DNA of 64,000 bases from Eledone cirrhosa (taxonomy: Eukaryota), in NCBI GenBank assembly GCA_964016885.1, contig OZ024742.1, forward strand, positions 111,662,001-111,726,000, in the 5' to 3' direction. Positions 13,588 to 27,656 of this stretch are shown here, one piece after another. The translations under genes were made by a program, and so were the position numbers. Under the pieces are notes generated by a model. It had not been told where the DNA came from. It saw only the letters and a program-made list of their open reading frames with translations, and made no database searches. Within the stretch, counting starts at the first letter, position 1. Every line of letters begins with the position of its first letter.

Positions 13588-16500
13588 TATATATAAAACG
13601 TGTGTGTATGATTTCTATGCATTTCCATAATTCTCAACCGATTTTGATGAATATTGTTCCAATGTGCTCCAAATTTACTAGCGCAGGTCAAGACGTAATT
13701 ATTTTTTGCCAAAAATGTCCTGTTTCTTTGAAAAAAATCGATAAAACTAAATACATGTTGTAACCCTTTCTCTTATATGCTTGATTCCTCTCACTACTAG
13801 CATCAAAAATATATGAAACTACATACATGTTGCAACTCTCTTTAAAAGTTCATATTTCCTCTACTCCACTCTCAATCTCCTCTGCAACTCTCTTTAAAAG
13901 TTTCATCACTCTCTCTACCCCCCCCCCCCTCAATCTTCTCTGCAACTCTCTTAAAAAGGTTACTGCCTCCGTCTACTACCCTATCAACATTACAATTTAG
14001 AACGACAAAACTTCTTTTGAAGGAATGGACACAAACTTTGAAACCTAAGCAACACAACAACCATAGCTTTACTCTCTCCGTCACTCTTCCCTCACTCTAC
14101 AATAGATTATTCCCCCACTCTACAGTCATAACGAAACTCTTACATCAAATATCAACATTTAAAAAGCCGATAACACTAAATACATACTGCTCTATCAACG
14201 TTACATGTTACACACTTACATTTTACATCAAATAACAAATATTCAAAAGCAACAGTGAAATTATAAAACAACAAACGTAACAATAACGACCTCTCTATAA
14301 TTTAACTGCTTTACTCTCTCTGTCTCTCTTCACTCCCTATATGACAACACTGCAGAGAGAGAACAATGTATATGATCAAATGGAGCGTTCCGTATATTCC
14401 CCCTCTCTATAATTTAACTGCTTTACTCTCTCTGACGCACTTCACTCCCTATATGACAACACTGCAGTGGAGAGTTCCGTATTGGCATACGGCTTATCTG
14501 AGGCATTTTCAATCGGCTTATTGCAAATAACAACCCGCAAAATAACACTTCACATAACAGATTAATGCTATAGGAATGTAACCCGTGAACTTTTTCCTCG
14601 GCAAAATTATTCGAACAGACATGACCTCATTGCCAGAGTGTTCAGACTGAAACTGGCTAAACTCATGGCTTTAATCAAAAGGGGTCAGGTATTTGGGGCT
14701 GTAAAATGTGACATGTTCACCGTCGAATGTCAAAAAGGAGGGCTGCCACATGCTCACATTTTGATTTGGTTAGCTGATAAAATCAATTCAAATGCCATAG
14801 ACAGCTTCATTTCGGCTGAATTCCATAACCCAGCAACTGACCAGGAATTACATGACATCGTCAAAGCTGACATGGTCCGTGTGCGTCAGGTCCTAATGAG
14901 CATCACACGTGTCTGAAAGAGGGGTCGTGCAGTAAGGGATACCCCCCAAAAATGTGTTGACCAGACTCAGACAGGTGGCGACGGGTACCCCCTGTACAGG
15001 CGAAGATGGTCCAAGAACGGTGGCTTCCCCACAACAGTAAAGGGAGGTCAAGTCGACAATAGATGGGTGGTCTCTTACTGCCCGCTTCTCTTGAAGATGT
15101 TCAACGCCCACATCAACGTTGCGTTTTTCAACTCCGTCAAGTCTATAAAATACATATGCAAATATGTAAATAAGGGCTCTGATGAGGTCATAGAATACCT
15201 GGCGGGGCAGTACATCAGTAGCAATAAAGTTTTTTGGCGCCTATTTGGTTTCCCCCTACACCAAAGGCACCCCGCCATCATACACCTTGCGGTACATTTG
15301 GAAAATGGGAAAAGGGTTTACTTTACGGACCAAACCGCCGCCATCTGGCCGCCGATCCGAAAGAGACCACTGTGACAGTTTTCTTCAAACCTTGCCAGTT
15401 CGATACATTTGCGAAAACAATTGTGTACCCCCAGGTTCCATCCGACTTTATATGGTCGAAAAACACTTGGATGCGAAGAAAGTCAGGTCAGGCGTAAAAT
15501 TTGACAGCCGTCTTGGAAGGGTTTACACTGTGCCCCCAAGTCAGCATGAGTGCTTTCATCTCCGCCTTCTTCTGCATGAAGTTGTAGGCCCACAAAGTTT
15601 CAGGACCTCAAAACTGTTGATGGAGAGATATGTGATACGTACCGGGAAGCTAACACGTTGGCCCCGGATTTGAAAGACATTATGGATTCTATGGTTCCTA
15701 TGGGTGGAGTAACCCTTCTGCTATCAGGGGATTTTCGGCAAACGCTGCCTCTCATCCCCAAAGGGACAAGAGTTGATGAACTGCGTGCTTGCCTTAAATC
15801 GTCCACGTTGTGGCCCAGGTGAAGACTTTTTACCTGAGCACAAATATGCCTGCTCATTTGCACGGTGATAACATGTCTGCAGAATTTGCTCAGAACAGTT
15901 TAGCACTTGGTGGGGGCAAGGTCCCTGCGGATGACAAGGGCGGCATAGCAATCGACTCCCTGTGCAACATTGTGAGCAGCCCTTCTGACCTTTGGGAGGT
16001 AGTTTTTCCTAATGTCTCATCTAACTTTCAAAACTTCGATTGGCTCAGCGAAAGAGCCATCCTTGCTCCGAAAAATGCCATGGTTAATTTATTAACGAGC
16101 AGCTGATTGAGAAAATTCCCGGTAAAGAGCACATCTTCAAATCTATCGACCGGACGTCAGACCCCGAAAATATCGTTAATTATCCGGTTGAGTTATTAAA
16201 TTGCCTTGAGCCTCCAGGTGTCCCACCTCATATTCTTAAGCTTAGGGTTGGCTGTCTCATTATGCTAATAAGGAACTTGCGCCCACCAAAGCAGGGCAAC
16301 GGTACTCGCATGGTCGCAAGTCAATGACGCCCCACTTGATTGAGGCCACCATTGTAACGGGGTACGGGAGAAGGGAGAATGTTTTCATTCCAAGGATGAA
16401 CCTTTTCCCCTCGGCGTCAGATATCCCGTTCGATTTCCGGCGATCCCAATTCCCGATGAGACCATGTTTTGCCATGTCCATTAACAAGTCACAAGGGCAA

Positions 16501-16947
16501 ACATTGTCGGTGGCGGGCATCCATTTGGGGGAGCCATGCTTCTCCCATGCTTCTCTCAACTTGATGTTGCCTGTTCCCACGTAGGGAGCAGGATGCACAT
16601 TTTGCTTACACTCCTCAGGGGATGACACGCAATATCGTCTACAAAAAGGTGCTATAGATGTTGGTTCGGGTGTTGGAGGTGTTGTAGCTATGCCGTCTGG
16701 AAAACTATTTCACCAAGCGGCATCAGGGCCACCATCTTGCAACTTTGGTCTGCTAAATTCGCTACTGGAAGATTATTAACCCATCATTGATTGCCCAAAA
16801 TGCTAATTGGTTCGTAATTTTTAATAACCTGTTCAACTGCTTTATCCACTTAATTGATAAGCTTATACGCTTTCAAGCCACGTTTACCTGCATGTCAATT
16901 TTCATAGGAAATGAACAAACCCCAGCAACGCCGGGCTAAACTGCTAG
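13588..16947 (+). mobile_element. Helitron (same family, different deletions)
   Basis: 5' TATATATAAAACGTGTGTG. 3' CCCAGCAACGCCGGG hairpin then CTAG at 16944-16947. Homologous to 10058-13400 in inverted orientation. Confidence 0.95.
14570..16657 (+). pseudogene. Helitron Rep-helicase, disrupted
   Basis: VECQKGGLPHAHILIW, GDGYPLYRRR, SVKSIKYICKYVNKG, GDFRQTLP, SINKSQGQTL. The Walker A/B part of the helicase is deleted. Confidence 0.92.
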
Positions 16948-16968
16948 TATATAGATATAAGAATATAT

Positions 16969-18388
16969 ATAAGAATATATATTAGTAACTCTACAAATGA
17001 AGAGACAGTGTTACAGTTTAGCATTCGAATGTTCGAACAAGAACGAGATGACATTTTAGCTATATGTAAATACGCTTTAACAAAAATAGTAATATTTCAA
17101 TATAACCCATAAGTCGGTATTTCAGCACAAAAAAGAAAAACGATTACTGTTGAAGAGTAATGAATCGCAAAAGTTCTTTGCTCATATAAACTCACATATG
17201 TGATGAGATGTCGAAAAAGACTCGGATCACGGTCATTATGATTGTACCCTAAGCTAAGATATATATATATATATATAAGTTATAACGGTGTTGAATTAGA
17301 TTTGCGAGGTTTTTGATATGAAATCGTGTGTCGAAACAAATATTCTTATACTTGGGGAGGGTCATATTTGTGTAATATTGCCAGAATTAATAACAGAACA
17401 CACTCACTGTTTGGTTGGTTTTCGCTTTTCGCTTCTGTGTCTTTTATATCGGTAATCTAATTTATTCGGTTCTCAATGTTGCCATTGACTGACCAACGGT
17501 CAAAAATAATACAGATACACTATAGACACAAACACATATATATAGTTTATCAAAGTTCTTTCGTTGCACATCTGCAACATCGTCAGTGGTGATATTGTTT
17601 CCTCCCGTTGCATTGTACTTTCTACGCCATCTTTATTTAGTCTGTTTATATATTTATTTATTTGTTAATTTAATTTGTCTTCTTTGCGCATGCGTTTGTG
17701 TGTGGGTATAGTGTTTTGTTTGATGTGTGTTCTTGTTTGGGTGACTGTGTATTGGTTAATGTATTCTATCTTTAATAGTGTGTGTTTATATGTGTTTGTT
17801 GTTATTGTGCTTGTGTATGTATTTATTTATTTATTTATCTATTTATTTATTTATACTTCTCTTAGGTCAGTGTTGTCTGTTTGAGTGTTGTTGTTATTCC
17901 ATTAATTCTTATATATATATATACAGTTACAGAAAACCAGTGCACCATTCCAGGAAGTCGATGCTGTTCCGCCTCTTGTTAGGTTGAATTTCAGCATTTA
18001 GGCGGCTGTAGTTGGCAGAGTGTAAATGAATTAACTACTACCTACGTCACTTCTGCAGCATAAGTATAATCTATATCAGCATATTACAATTGTTTCAATA
18101 TCTATCAGCTTAGGGTACAATCATAATCACCGTGATCCGAGTCTTTTTCGACATCTCATCAGATATGTGAGTTTATATGAGCAAAGAGCTTTTGCGATTC
18201 ATAACTCTTCAACAGTAATCGTCTTTCTTTTTTGTGCTGAAATACCGAATTATGGGTGATATTAAAATATTACTATTTTTGTTAAAGCTTATTTACATAT
18301 AGCTTAAAATGTTATCTCGTTCGAACATTCGAATGCTAAACTGTAACACTGTCTCTTCATTTGTAGAGTTGCTAATATAAATTCTTAT
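16969..18388. repeat. Long inverted repeat (~285-bp arms) enclosing a family C copy
   Basis: 16969-17255 is the reverse complement of 18107-18388. The arms contain a CTGATGA-GATGTC-GAAA motif. Confidence 0.85.
17282..17905 (-). mobile_element. Family C repeat with HHR-like motif
   Basis: Homologous to 2400-2940 and 44800-45240. Minus strand CTGACGA-T-GTTGCA/TGCAAC-GAAA. Flanked by TA runs. Confidence 0.7.
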
Positions 18389-20136
18389 GAAATATGGAAT
18401 GTTCGAAATACCCCTAAAGGGAATTTACTAGAACATTAAATGTGATAGACAAAATCATGAACATTAAATTGATAGTCAAAATCATGAGTGTTAAGAATGA
18501 ATGTTGTTTTTTTAAATTATTTAGTATTCAACAACTTACGTGTCTTGGATTGGCAGTACATGTATATATAATAACAAAATACATTGTATATGATTGTTAT
18601 ATTCGTTCCCCTTTCGAGTTCAGTTTACCGCTAAGATGAATTTTACATTTCATACTTCCCTAGATGAAAAGGAAAAACAAAACACAGTCAATTGAATCGA
18701 CGAAACCTTACCTCCAAACGTTTACTACCATGACTAAAATGGCTCCATACGTTGTAAGACTGAACGAATATTTAAAATCTCGGTTAATATGTATCTACAT
18801 CTATGTACATTGGCATAAAGACAAACAGAATGCTCGGATGTAGGAACAATTTTCAGGAATTTGTTATATAGCTATACACTTAAAAGCATCTGATTCTTAT
18901 ACAATCCGTTTTTATCAATTGCTACAAGAACATATATTGAAATAACTGTGTATATATGGTCGTACAAACAAAATAACAATTAATAGCCCGTTATGGAAAT
19001 TATAGCTAAATAATCTTTGTATGTCTGTATTAAATATATAACAGAATATTTGACCACTTTTATACTTACAGATGTTATATAATATAGGAAAGTGTGTTTG
19101 TATGTTACCGGCAAAACAAGTAAAGAGATTCTGTTATTTTTTTTATTACAAAACATATAATTTATCACATGATCGTACAGAGAAATAAAAGGGTATAATG
19201 CGAAAATAATGGTAAACTGCTGACACTAAATTACCATATGTTAGTTAGAAGTTCGGCAGAAACCAAATCTACAGACTTTACTTGTAAAAATACTATTTAA
19301 CATTTAAGTGAGACAGAAACGAACATGTACATTTTTAAGGATATTCAGCACACACACACCGAGTTATTTTTTTATTGATATGATGTAGAACCTGTGTCTT
19401 GTAATAAAATAGGATAATAGAAAAGGTTTATGGGGCGCAGTGAGCGTGAATAAGAGATTTACACAGAATGTAGAAGAGAAATCATTGTGAATACATTGAA
19501 AGAATCTACAATCTTTAGATTTAAGTTTTATTCTATTCATGATGCAGCAAAAGAATTCGTGAATTACGAATAAAAAATACATATCTTAAATATACAATGC
19601 TGTTATACAAATGCCAAGAAACCTAATAGATGTATGCCAACTTACCAATGAGTAATATACTATAGAAATAGAGCAATATAAATCTCTCTTGTGTAATTTG
19701 AATACAAATATCTGAATAAGAATTAATTACTATTTGTTTCTTGGGTAATCGTCGTCTTTGATATGTTCAGACAAATAGAATTACGATTCGGAAGATTGTA
19801 ATGCGAATAAAACCACAGGATTAAAAGAGATTGATATGAAGTAAAGACGCCTATGAGTTGTCGAAGACATACCAGTGTTGAAGAATAGTAAACAATAACA
19901 GTTGATTTCATACGTCATCACAATTATTTAGCTTTCACACACACACTGTTGAACTACGTGGAATATAGAATCTCATTAAGAGTAAGAAGAATAATATAGT
20001 GTATATTTTATCTATGTTTAGTGAACTCAAATTAAATTGTGTCGGTTATGACATTTAGATATTCTATATACACACAAACATATATACACCCGCACAAAAC
20101 TTCACACACATTCGCACACACAGACACATAAATGTG

Positions 20137-20185
<49 letters not shown>

Positions 20186-20469
20186 CGGGGGTATGCATAT
20201 TGAGCAAGGCACTTCATTTCACGTTGCATTTTCTACCTGGAGTTGCGACCGATACATAGTATTACCAATTGAAAAGACCAATGGAAACATAGTTTCCTCG
20301 GTCCGATTTGACGAATTTCGATCGTTAAAAAAATACATATAATGTTTTGTTTCTCTCCTTATCTGTCTGATTCCTTATCCATTCTCAAATGACTCGTCCC
20401 ACTCAGATTAAATGTTACAAGTATGAGACCCCGGGATGAAAAACATTATTATTATTTACAGGATAATTT

Positions 20470-20565
20470 TCCCTTTCATCCTCACGGGGTCGATAAAATA
20501 AAGTACCAGTAATGCACTGGGTATTTGCTGGCCTTGTGCCAAAAGTAGAAACAATTATTATTATT
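20470..20565 (+). mobile_element. SINE S1 3' half
   Basis: CCTTTCATCCTCACGGGGTCGATAAAATAAAGTACCAG...GTAGAAACAATTATTA. Confidence 0.85.
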
Positions 20566-21189
20566 TTCATGTGAATGAAAACAATATAACATTTTATCGA
20601 AAATTATCTTTCTAGTCAACTATACTACGACGGCGACGCCGATGACGTCACAAGTATATGAGTGTGTATGTATTTGTGAGTGTCTGTGTGTTTAGGCGTT
20701 CATTACGTACGTTAGGCCTTAGTAAGTTACATACACATAAATCTTCATGTAAATATTTAATCAGATACACCAAGAATTAAACACATACACACACATCTTC
20801 ACTTATGATGACTGACAAGTATATGTGTGTAAGTGTATGTGAGAGTGTATGAGTGTGTGAATGTATGTTGGAGTGTATGTGTGTGTGATTGTCCTTACAT
20901 TTCTGTGACGACTGACATAACAAACGCTGGGAGGGTGAAACTGTGTGTGTTTTTAATGAATGTATGTCTGTGTGTGTTTTTATAATTTTGTGTGAGTGTA
21001 TGTGTCTGTTCGTGGGTGACACTCTGTGTGTTTGTATGAATGTCTGTCTGTCTGTGTTTTCTATAAGTGTATGTTTTTGTGAGTGTATGTGTGTTTGTTC
21101 GTTAAATTAGCAGTTAATATATTTGCTAATTTATTTTTTCTTCTTCTTAATTTTGGTTAATATACACTGCATACAAAAATAACAATTAG

Positions 21190-21688
21190 TACATATTTCT
21201 TCCGGATGTTGATACTTATTTGTTTACAATATTGAAACAAAAAATGTCTTTATTCTAAAAATTCCTCCCATACCTACAGATGTTCCAATTGAATCTAAGA
21301 GGCTTCCGTTTCCAGTCAAAATAAGTTTGTTTTTTCAATTAACAAATCTCAGGCCCAATATCTCGAGGTAGTTGGAATGATCTCTCTACTACATGTTGCT
21401 TCCATGGCCAACTTATGTTACTCGCTCACGAGTTGGAAGCAGCAACACTTTATTCATTTAAAGACCAACAAAATATTACACAATGAATATTGTTTACTCT
21501 AAAGTGCTTCAACATTGACAGATTTTCATTTCTAAATTCTTTTATCATTACAATTTTAATATAAAAAAATAAATAAAATATAGATATTTTAAAATTATTA
21601 TGAGAATAAGAATATATCTTCATATTTATTGTTTACTAATCTGAATAAGAACAACAGTAAACCGGGCAACACCGGGTCATTCAGCTAG
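21190..21688 (+). mobile_element. Helitron 3' fragment (second family)
   Basis: Decayed PIF1 C-terminus (IPTDVPIE.KRLPFPVKIS, INKSQ, HGQL, SRVGS). 3' hairpin CCGGGCAACACCGGG then CTAG at 21685-21688. 5' boundary unclear. Confidence 0.85.
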
Positions 21689-21775
21689 TATATATATATA
21701 TTTATATATATATATATATATAAATGTAAGTATGTATGTAAGAGTGAGAAATGAAATTTCGTTTCATTCTATTCC

Positions 21776-21817
<42 letters not shown>

Positions 21818-21852
21818 CATTCACAAGAATCAAAGCTATGTTCAAAGCATTT

Positions 21853-21902
21853 ATTCAGTTACAATTGTTTCATCCAAACCTAGGCTTGAAGTCTTCGGAC
21901 CA
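21853..21902 (-). ncRNA. HHR variant in 3' pLTR (CCGAAGA core)
   Basis: Minus strand: GGT-CCGAAGA-stem II-GAAA-CAATTG-TA-ACT. Confidence 0.65.
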
Positions 21903-23277
21903 TTTTTCGATATTTGTACACCTCCTTTCCGACGCAAGAGACATACAGATACATATATATATATATATATATATTGATGTACAGTCGATTGACATATATT
22001 ACACTATACTATTTTTACAGCAATTCAAATTCAAGATAAAATTCAAAATCAAAATTAAAATCAAAATCAAAATTAAAATACATTCGGCAGATAACACAGA
22101 TAATGAAGGAGGATAGTTTGATAGTCAGATCTAGTAGGTAGTGTATGCGTTAGTTACACGCGGAGCATGCAAGTGTGTCTCATTTTTATACTATTATTGT
22201 GTGGCAAGGTGTTACATGTAATGGAAGCACTTTAAGCGGGTAAGCAAGAGTATTATGGTGGTTGTAGTGGTAGGGTATTTTTAATTTAGATAAAAAAAGT
22301 ATGTGTGCAGAAAAATAAAAATAAAAATAAAAAGGAGAAGCAAAAGAAAGTTATGGTTTTCGTATCCACCACCATTTTCACACAACAGATAAAAGTAAGA
22401 CATAGGTTTTTACATCCATCACATAAGCTACGATGATTCCGTAGTGAATGTTTGATGCATTAAATTATTGTAGTGTATTGAGGCTCAGTGTTATTTAATC
22501 GATATTTATAGAATAGGTTCTTTCTGCTGCGAGAATTTACAGTGGTTTATTACCCGGAAGTATGTGGGTAATTAAGGGGAGTTAATGCGTAAGGGGAGGT
22601 AACTAGCTGATTCTCATAACTAAATTCATTGTTCTAACATACATTATATGGTGCCTCAATTGAGTTCCTTATATAAATGGTTATATATTTATATCTAGTT
22701 TTCAATTTTAAATACAGTCTACTCTATCATAATGTACTAAAGGTATCTATAGTAAGTTGATTACTCCTTATTATATAGTGCCACAATTGAATTTCCCATA
22801 CAAAGTGCCATATCTTTATATCAAATTTCACTGAAAATGCAGTCTACTTTCAAAACACATCAGATGGCCTATTAGAATTGTGTCTACATAACCCCTGGTA
22901 AGTTATGGAGCAGCGTATGGCTGTTTGCATTACAAAACCAAATACAACTCTAGGGCAGACAGATACATCCCTCATTTACAATGTCATTAATCTATCCATC
23001 AAGTTATACTTGCATGTAAAATTCTTATATAATTCATACATAATTCATTGTAGCACCCTACATATAAGTTAGACAGATCCCTTATGTTAATAAATTAATC
23101 TTATATATATCCAATGTTATTACTCCATACATTTAATTACAATTGCATATATAATTCACTGCCGTATCTAGTATTTAGAGTTTATATAGACTGTATTATA
23201 ACACTACATAATTATAAGTAATTGAAAGTAATTATATTAAAAGTAGGTGTTTATGGGGATATTTCTAGGGTATAAAG

Positions 23278-25797
23278 TTATAGACAGATGGAATGATTTG
23301 TGTCGAGATAGGGTGGATCAGAGAGTGTGGTGTTGTGGTGTAGGGCGTGCCCTTGAGGTGTGGCGTTAGAAGCGGTGATGGGTTCAAGTCTGACATTGTT
23401 ATATATTGGGTTTAAATTTTGGAAGGAGTGCCGGAAGCGGTGCTGGCACGACGCAAACACTTGCGATTTTTTATTAAGGAGGTTAAGGTTCGAGAAGATT
23501 ATAGTATGGGTCTCCAGAAGACAGAGGTTACATAATTTATTAGGTGGTCTGTACGATGCCGCCTTACCTATCACTTTCCATTGAAGTGTATAAGATCTAT
23601 TTCTAGTTTTTAGATAGTGTATGTAGCTAGATAGTGAAGTGGAGTTGGCTAGACCGTGTATTTTGAAAGAATGGAGGTAAGAATTGTATCTGGTTTTGAA
23701 GCAGTTCGAAGTAGAACCTATATAGGTTTCAGAAGAGTTGCTAATTTTGACGGTGCATGAGTATATGATATCCTTGATTAAGCATTTTTGATCTAAAGGG
23801 CGGGTTCTATTAGATCTACAGTTACAATTTTTTTGGATGTTAACCTGCCGGTTATTATGTCCTGTAGAAATCTGGTTGCTAGGTACTGCATTATGGCTAT
23901 GGGGTCTGTCGCTCCCAGTGTTATTGATTTCACTAGTGTTATTACTATTATTACTATTGATATCAGGGTTTACAGATATTACGTTGTTTTGAAAGTTTAA
24001 GCCCTGCTGTGTTTTAGTTTGTTGAAAGTAACTATTAATCTTTCTGTTATTGCTACTAGCTATGTGGTATGCTATGTTAGGCGTGGTAGAGTATGAGATT
24101 TTAATGGTGTTTTTATTTATAAGACTATGGTACTTGTGGCCAGTTGGGATGTTTTTATCCAGGAGTGAGCCATAGGTAGGTTGGTAGAGATGTTTAGATT
24201 GAAAGGGGGGGGTTGAACAATTTATTACTTCTTCTATTTTTGTTTTTTATGTCTGGTGAGATGTTTTCGTTTATGATATTTTGGTGTCCCCTCTGGTTTG
24301 AATTACGTTTGTTGCCACCCTTCGTACTAGTGTGTGTGGTTATTATTCTTATTACTATTATTCCTGATGGACATATTGTGCGAAATAGTGTTGTAACTAT
24401 GTGTTTTTATAGGCAGGAACTCGATCTCATTATTATGTCCTGATCTAGCTAATGCCTGATTATAGTATTGTGAGTTTTTGTTGAATATGGTTTCGTCATA
24501 AGATAGATTAGAGATTCTATTGGATATTCCTTTAGAGATAGAGTTTAATATTTATCTAAGTTGGTTAGACTTGGTTTCTACGTAAATCAGTTTTTCGTTA
24601 GGTTTATTGAATGGTGTATATGTCTTAGAGTCTAGGTAAAGGGTGGGATCTAGGAAGTTAACGTTTTTAGTGTTTTTGTCTATGGTGATACTTAGGTGAT
24701 AGTTTTTGAAAGTCTTGTGCAATAGTTTTCTAGTTCTTCTATATTAATTTTTTTTATAGTCTATAAGGAGTAGTGCATCGTCGCGGTACAAACCACCGTT
24801 GAGATATGGAAGGTCCTTATGGATTTCGTTTAGTAGGTATAGGCCCACCAAATCAGTGACCTGCGCCGCGTCCGTAGATCCCATGGTTATGTCAAAGTTG
24901 TTATGCGTATCCTTGCGGGTCTATAACTGGTCTTCAAAAGTGATTGCAGTTTTGCGGGCCGCAAGTATGACACAATCTGGGGTCTAGTCAGGTCACTATT
25001 GTTCATGGCCATAATTAGTGCCTTATTTAATAGGATAGGGGAAATAGAGGTGTAGTATGAATTGCTATCAAATTGAATACATTTTATTTTTTTTATTTTT
25101 GTTTTCCTTGATATCCTTAAACCATTCAATAACTTAACCCGTATTTCCCCACTGTTTAAGGTATATTTTTGGTTTGGAAGGGCAGATTAGTCTAATCGAA
25201 GGGTTACTAATGAAATTCTCCTTATGGTCCTTCAGAGAGAATCTAGGAGGTTTTGGGGTGTATGGTTGTGTATGTCTCTGAAGTCCCAGTTTGGACACTA
25301 TATTACGGCCTTCTAAATTAATATCTTCTAGGTTTTTCATAGTAGTTTTCTTTTAGCTCTTGTGTAGTTCATTATATATAAACTTTCTATATGTATCATA
25401 ATCTAGGCTGGATATGTTATTAGTTTTCACCGCATACACAATAATTTTACTACTTGTTTTGAATTCGTTAATAGAGGAGTTAAGTTTGTTTAAGAAGGTG
25501 TTGGTTCTATTACGATGCTTTTTGTATTTAATGTTCTTAACTAGTTTTATTAGGTCATTTTAAAAGGAGTTTAGTAGTGTGTTGTGAGGGGGGCTTCTAA
25601 AAGTTTTAAACCCGAAGGAGTCGAATTTGTTAGTATCATCAATTTTGTTAGATTTGTTTTTATCTTAATGGAATGTCCTCCATCTCACTTTATTCATAAA
25701 GGAGTTGACACTATTGTTCAATAATTTCTCGTATGTATCTTTGGATGGTATTGGTATGTTCTTGGTTGACATAGGAAGTTGATCTTTGATCATCATA
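23278..25797 (-). pseudogene. PLE reverse transcriptase-GIY-YIG endonuclease, disrupted
   Basis: STKNIPIPS...KVRWR, FGFK..PP, IRLICPS, FDITMGS.DAA, GGLYRDD, NFLD, CNC...IIYSCTV...YIGST, CNLCLLE. Confidence 0.92.
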
Positions 25798-25975
25798 CTG
25801 GTAATTTAATGTATGTTAGCTCAACAGTATGGAGCAGTTAATAATATTAAGGATACTATTGCTGTATAAAAATAGCATAGTGTAATATATGTCACTCCAC
25901 TGTACATCAATATATTTTGTATCTGTATGTCTCTTGCGTCGGAAAGGAGGTCAATTATATGTACAAACATTGAAA

Positions 25976-26028
25976 AATTCTCCGAAGACACCAAGCCTTG
26001 CTTTGGATGAAACAATTGTAAGTGAATT
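25976..26028 (+). ncRNA. HHR variant in inverted 5' pLTR (CCGAAGA core)
   Basis: AATTCT-CCGAAGA-CA.CCAAG..TTTGG.AT-GAAA-CAATTG-TA-AGTGAATT, with palindromic stem III. Confidence 0.65.
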
Positions 26029-26225
26029 AATGCTTTGAACATAGCTTTGATTCTTGTGAATTCTATATAACTCCTCTGTAGAACAACTGTTGTTATTACA
26101 TCGAGCTATTTATCTTACTGGTAATAAGGTAGGAATAAATTACTGACTTTCACTGTGTGGGGTTTAAAATATACATAACTATAAAAGTTTAATATATACA
26201 TAACCATAAATAGTATCCATAATAT

Positions 26226-26285
<60 letters not shown>

Positions 26286-26326
26286 ATAAATGTAAGTATG
26301 CACACGTACACACGCATATATATACA

Positions 26327-26369
<43 letters not shown>

Positions 26370-26388
26370 CAATCTGGCAGAAAGGTAT

Positions 26389-26431
26389 ACGTTGCTGACG
26401 ATAGCTAACAAGCTTGAAACTAGTACAGCGT
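26389..26431 (+). ncRNA. Type I minimal hammerhead ribozyme, family R unit 1
   Basis: ACGTTG-CTGACGA-T.AGCT-AACA-AGCT.T-GAAA-CTAG-TA-CAGCGT. Predicted cut after 26425. Confidence 0.9.
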
Positions 26432-26810
26432 TCCTTTGTCAGTGTTGAACAAACGAGCAACGGTGGTTGCTAGACACTACGGCTTAATACGGGATGTTTG
26501 TTTACAAACACACCGAGCATTATAATAAATGTTCGGTTTATCCATACTTGCATATATATATGTGTGCATGTATGTATATATATATATACATACTACTGTA
26601 CGTCGGTATACATATATGTATGTACGTGTACATACTTATATTTAAGTAACAGCCGTACTAAGAGTGGGGAATGAAATATTGTTTCATTTTTTCCGTTTAC
26701 CGTTCTCGGCGCACCCGGCCGATTAACCGACACGATATGCAAATTGGGCTACTCAGCCGTTAATATGCATAAGGTAAGTATATACGTTCAACAATCTGGC
26801 AGGAAGGTAT

Positions 26811-26853
26811 ACGTTGCTGACGATAGCTAACAAGCTTGAAACTAGTACAGCGT
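26811..26853 (+). ncRNA. HHR family R unit 2 (intact)
   Basis: Motif identical to unit 1. Confidence 0.9.
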
Positions 26854-27228
26854 TCCTTTGTCAGTGTTGAACAAACGAGCAACGGTGGTTGCTAGACACT
26901 ACGGCTTAATACGGGATGTTTGTTGACAAACACACCGAGCATTATAATAAATGTTCGGTGAATCCATACGGGCATATATATATGTGTGCATGTATGTATA
27001 TATATACATACTACTGTACGTCGGTATACATATATGTATGTACGTGTACATACTTATATTTAAGTAACAGCCGTACTAAGAGTGGGAAATGAAATATCGT
27101 TTCATTTTTTCCGTTTATCGTTCCCGGTGCACCCGGCCGATTTACCCACTCGATGTGCAAATTGGGCTACTCAGCCGTTAATATGCATAAGGTAAGTATA
27201 TACGTTCAACAATCTGGCAGGAAGGTAT

Positions 27229-27271
27229 ACGTTGCTGAACATAGCTAACAAGCTTGAAACTAGTACAGCGT
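27229..27271 (+). ncRNA. HHR family R unit 3 (core mutated)
   Basis: Core reads CTGAACA instead of CTGACGA. Confidence 0.7.
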
Positions 27272-27656
27272 TCCTTTGTCAGTGTTGAACAAACGAGCAA
27301 CAGTGGTTGCTAGACACTACGGCTTAATACGGGATGTTTGTTTACAAACACACCGAGCATTATAATAAATGTTCGGTGAATCCATACGTGCATATATATA
27401 TGTGTGCATGTATGAATATATATATATATATATACATACTACTGTACGTCGGTATACATATATGTATGTACGTGTACATACTTATATTTAAGTAACAGCC
27501 GTACTAAGAGGGGGAAATGAAATATCGTTTCATTTTTTCCGTTTATCGTTCTCGGTGCACGCGGCCGATTAACCCACTCGATATGCAAATTGGGCTACTC
27601 AGCAGTTAATATGCATAAGGTAAGTATATACGTTCAACAATCTGGCAGGAAGGTAT

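Larger units (their letters stand above)
21815..26220 (-). mobile_element. Near full-length Penelope-like element (Naiad-type) with inverted 5' pLTR
   Basis: Decayed ORF 25797->23278. Terminal repeat 21815-22022 is inverted at 25858-26068. (TA)n at both ends. Confidence 0.9.
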
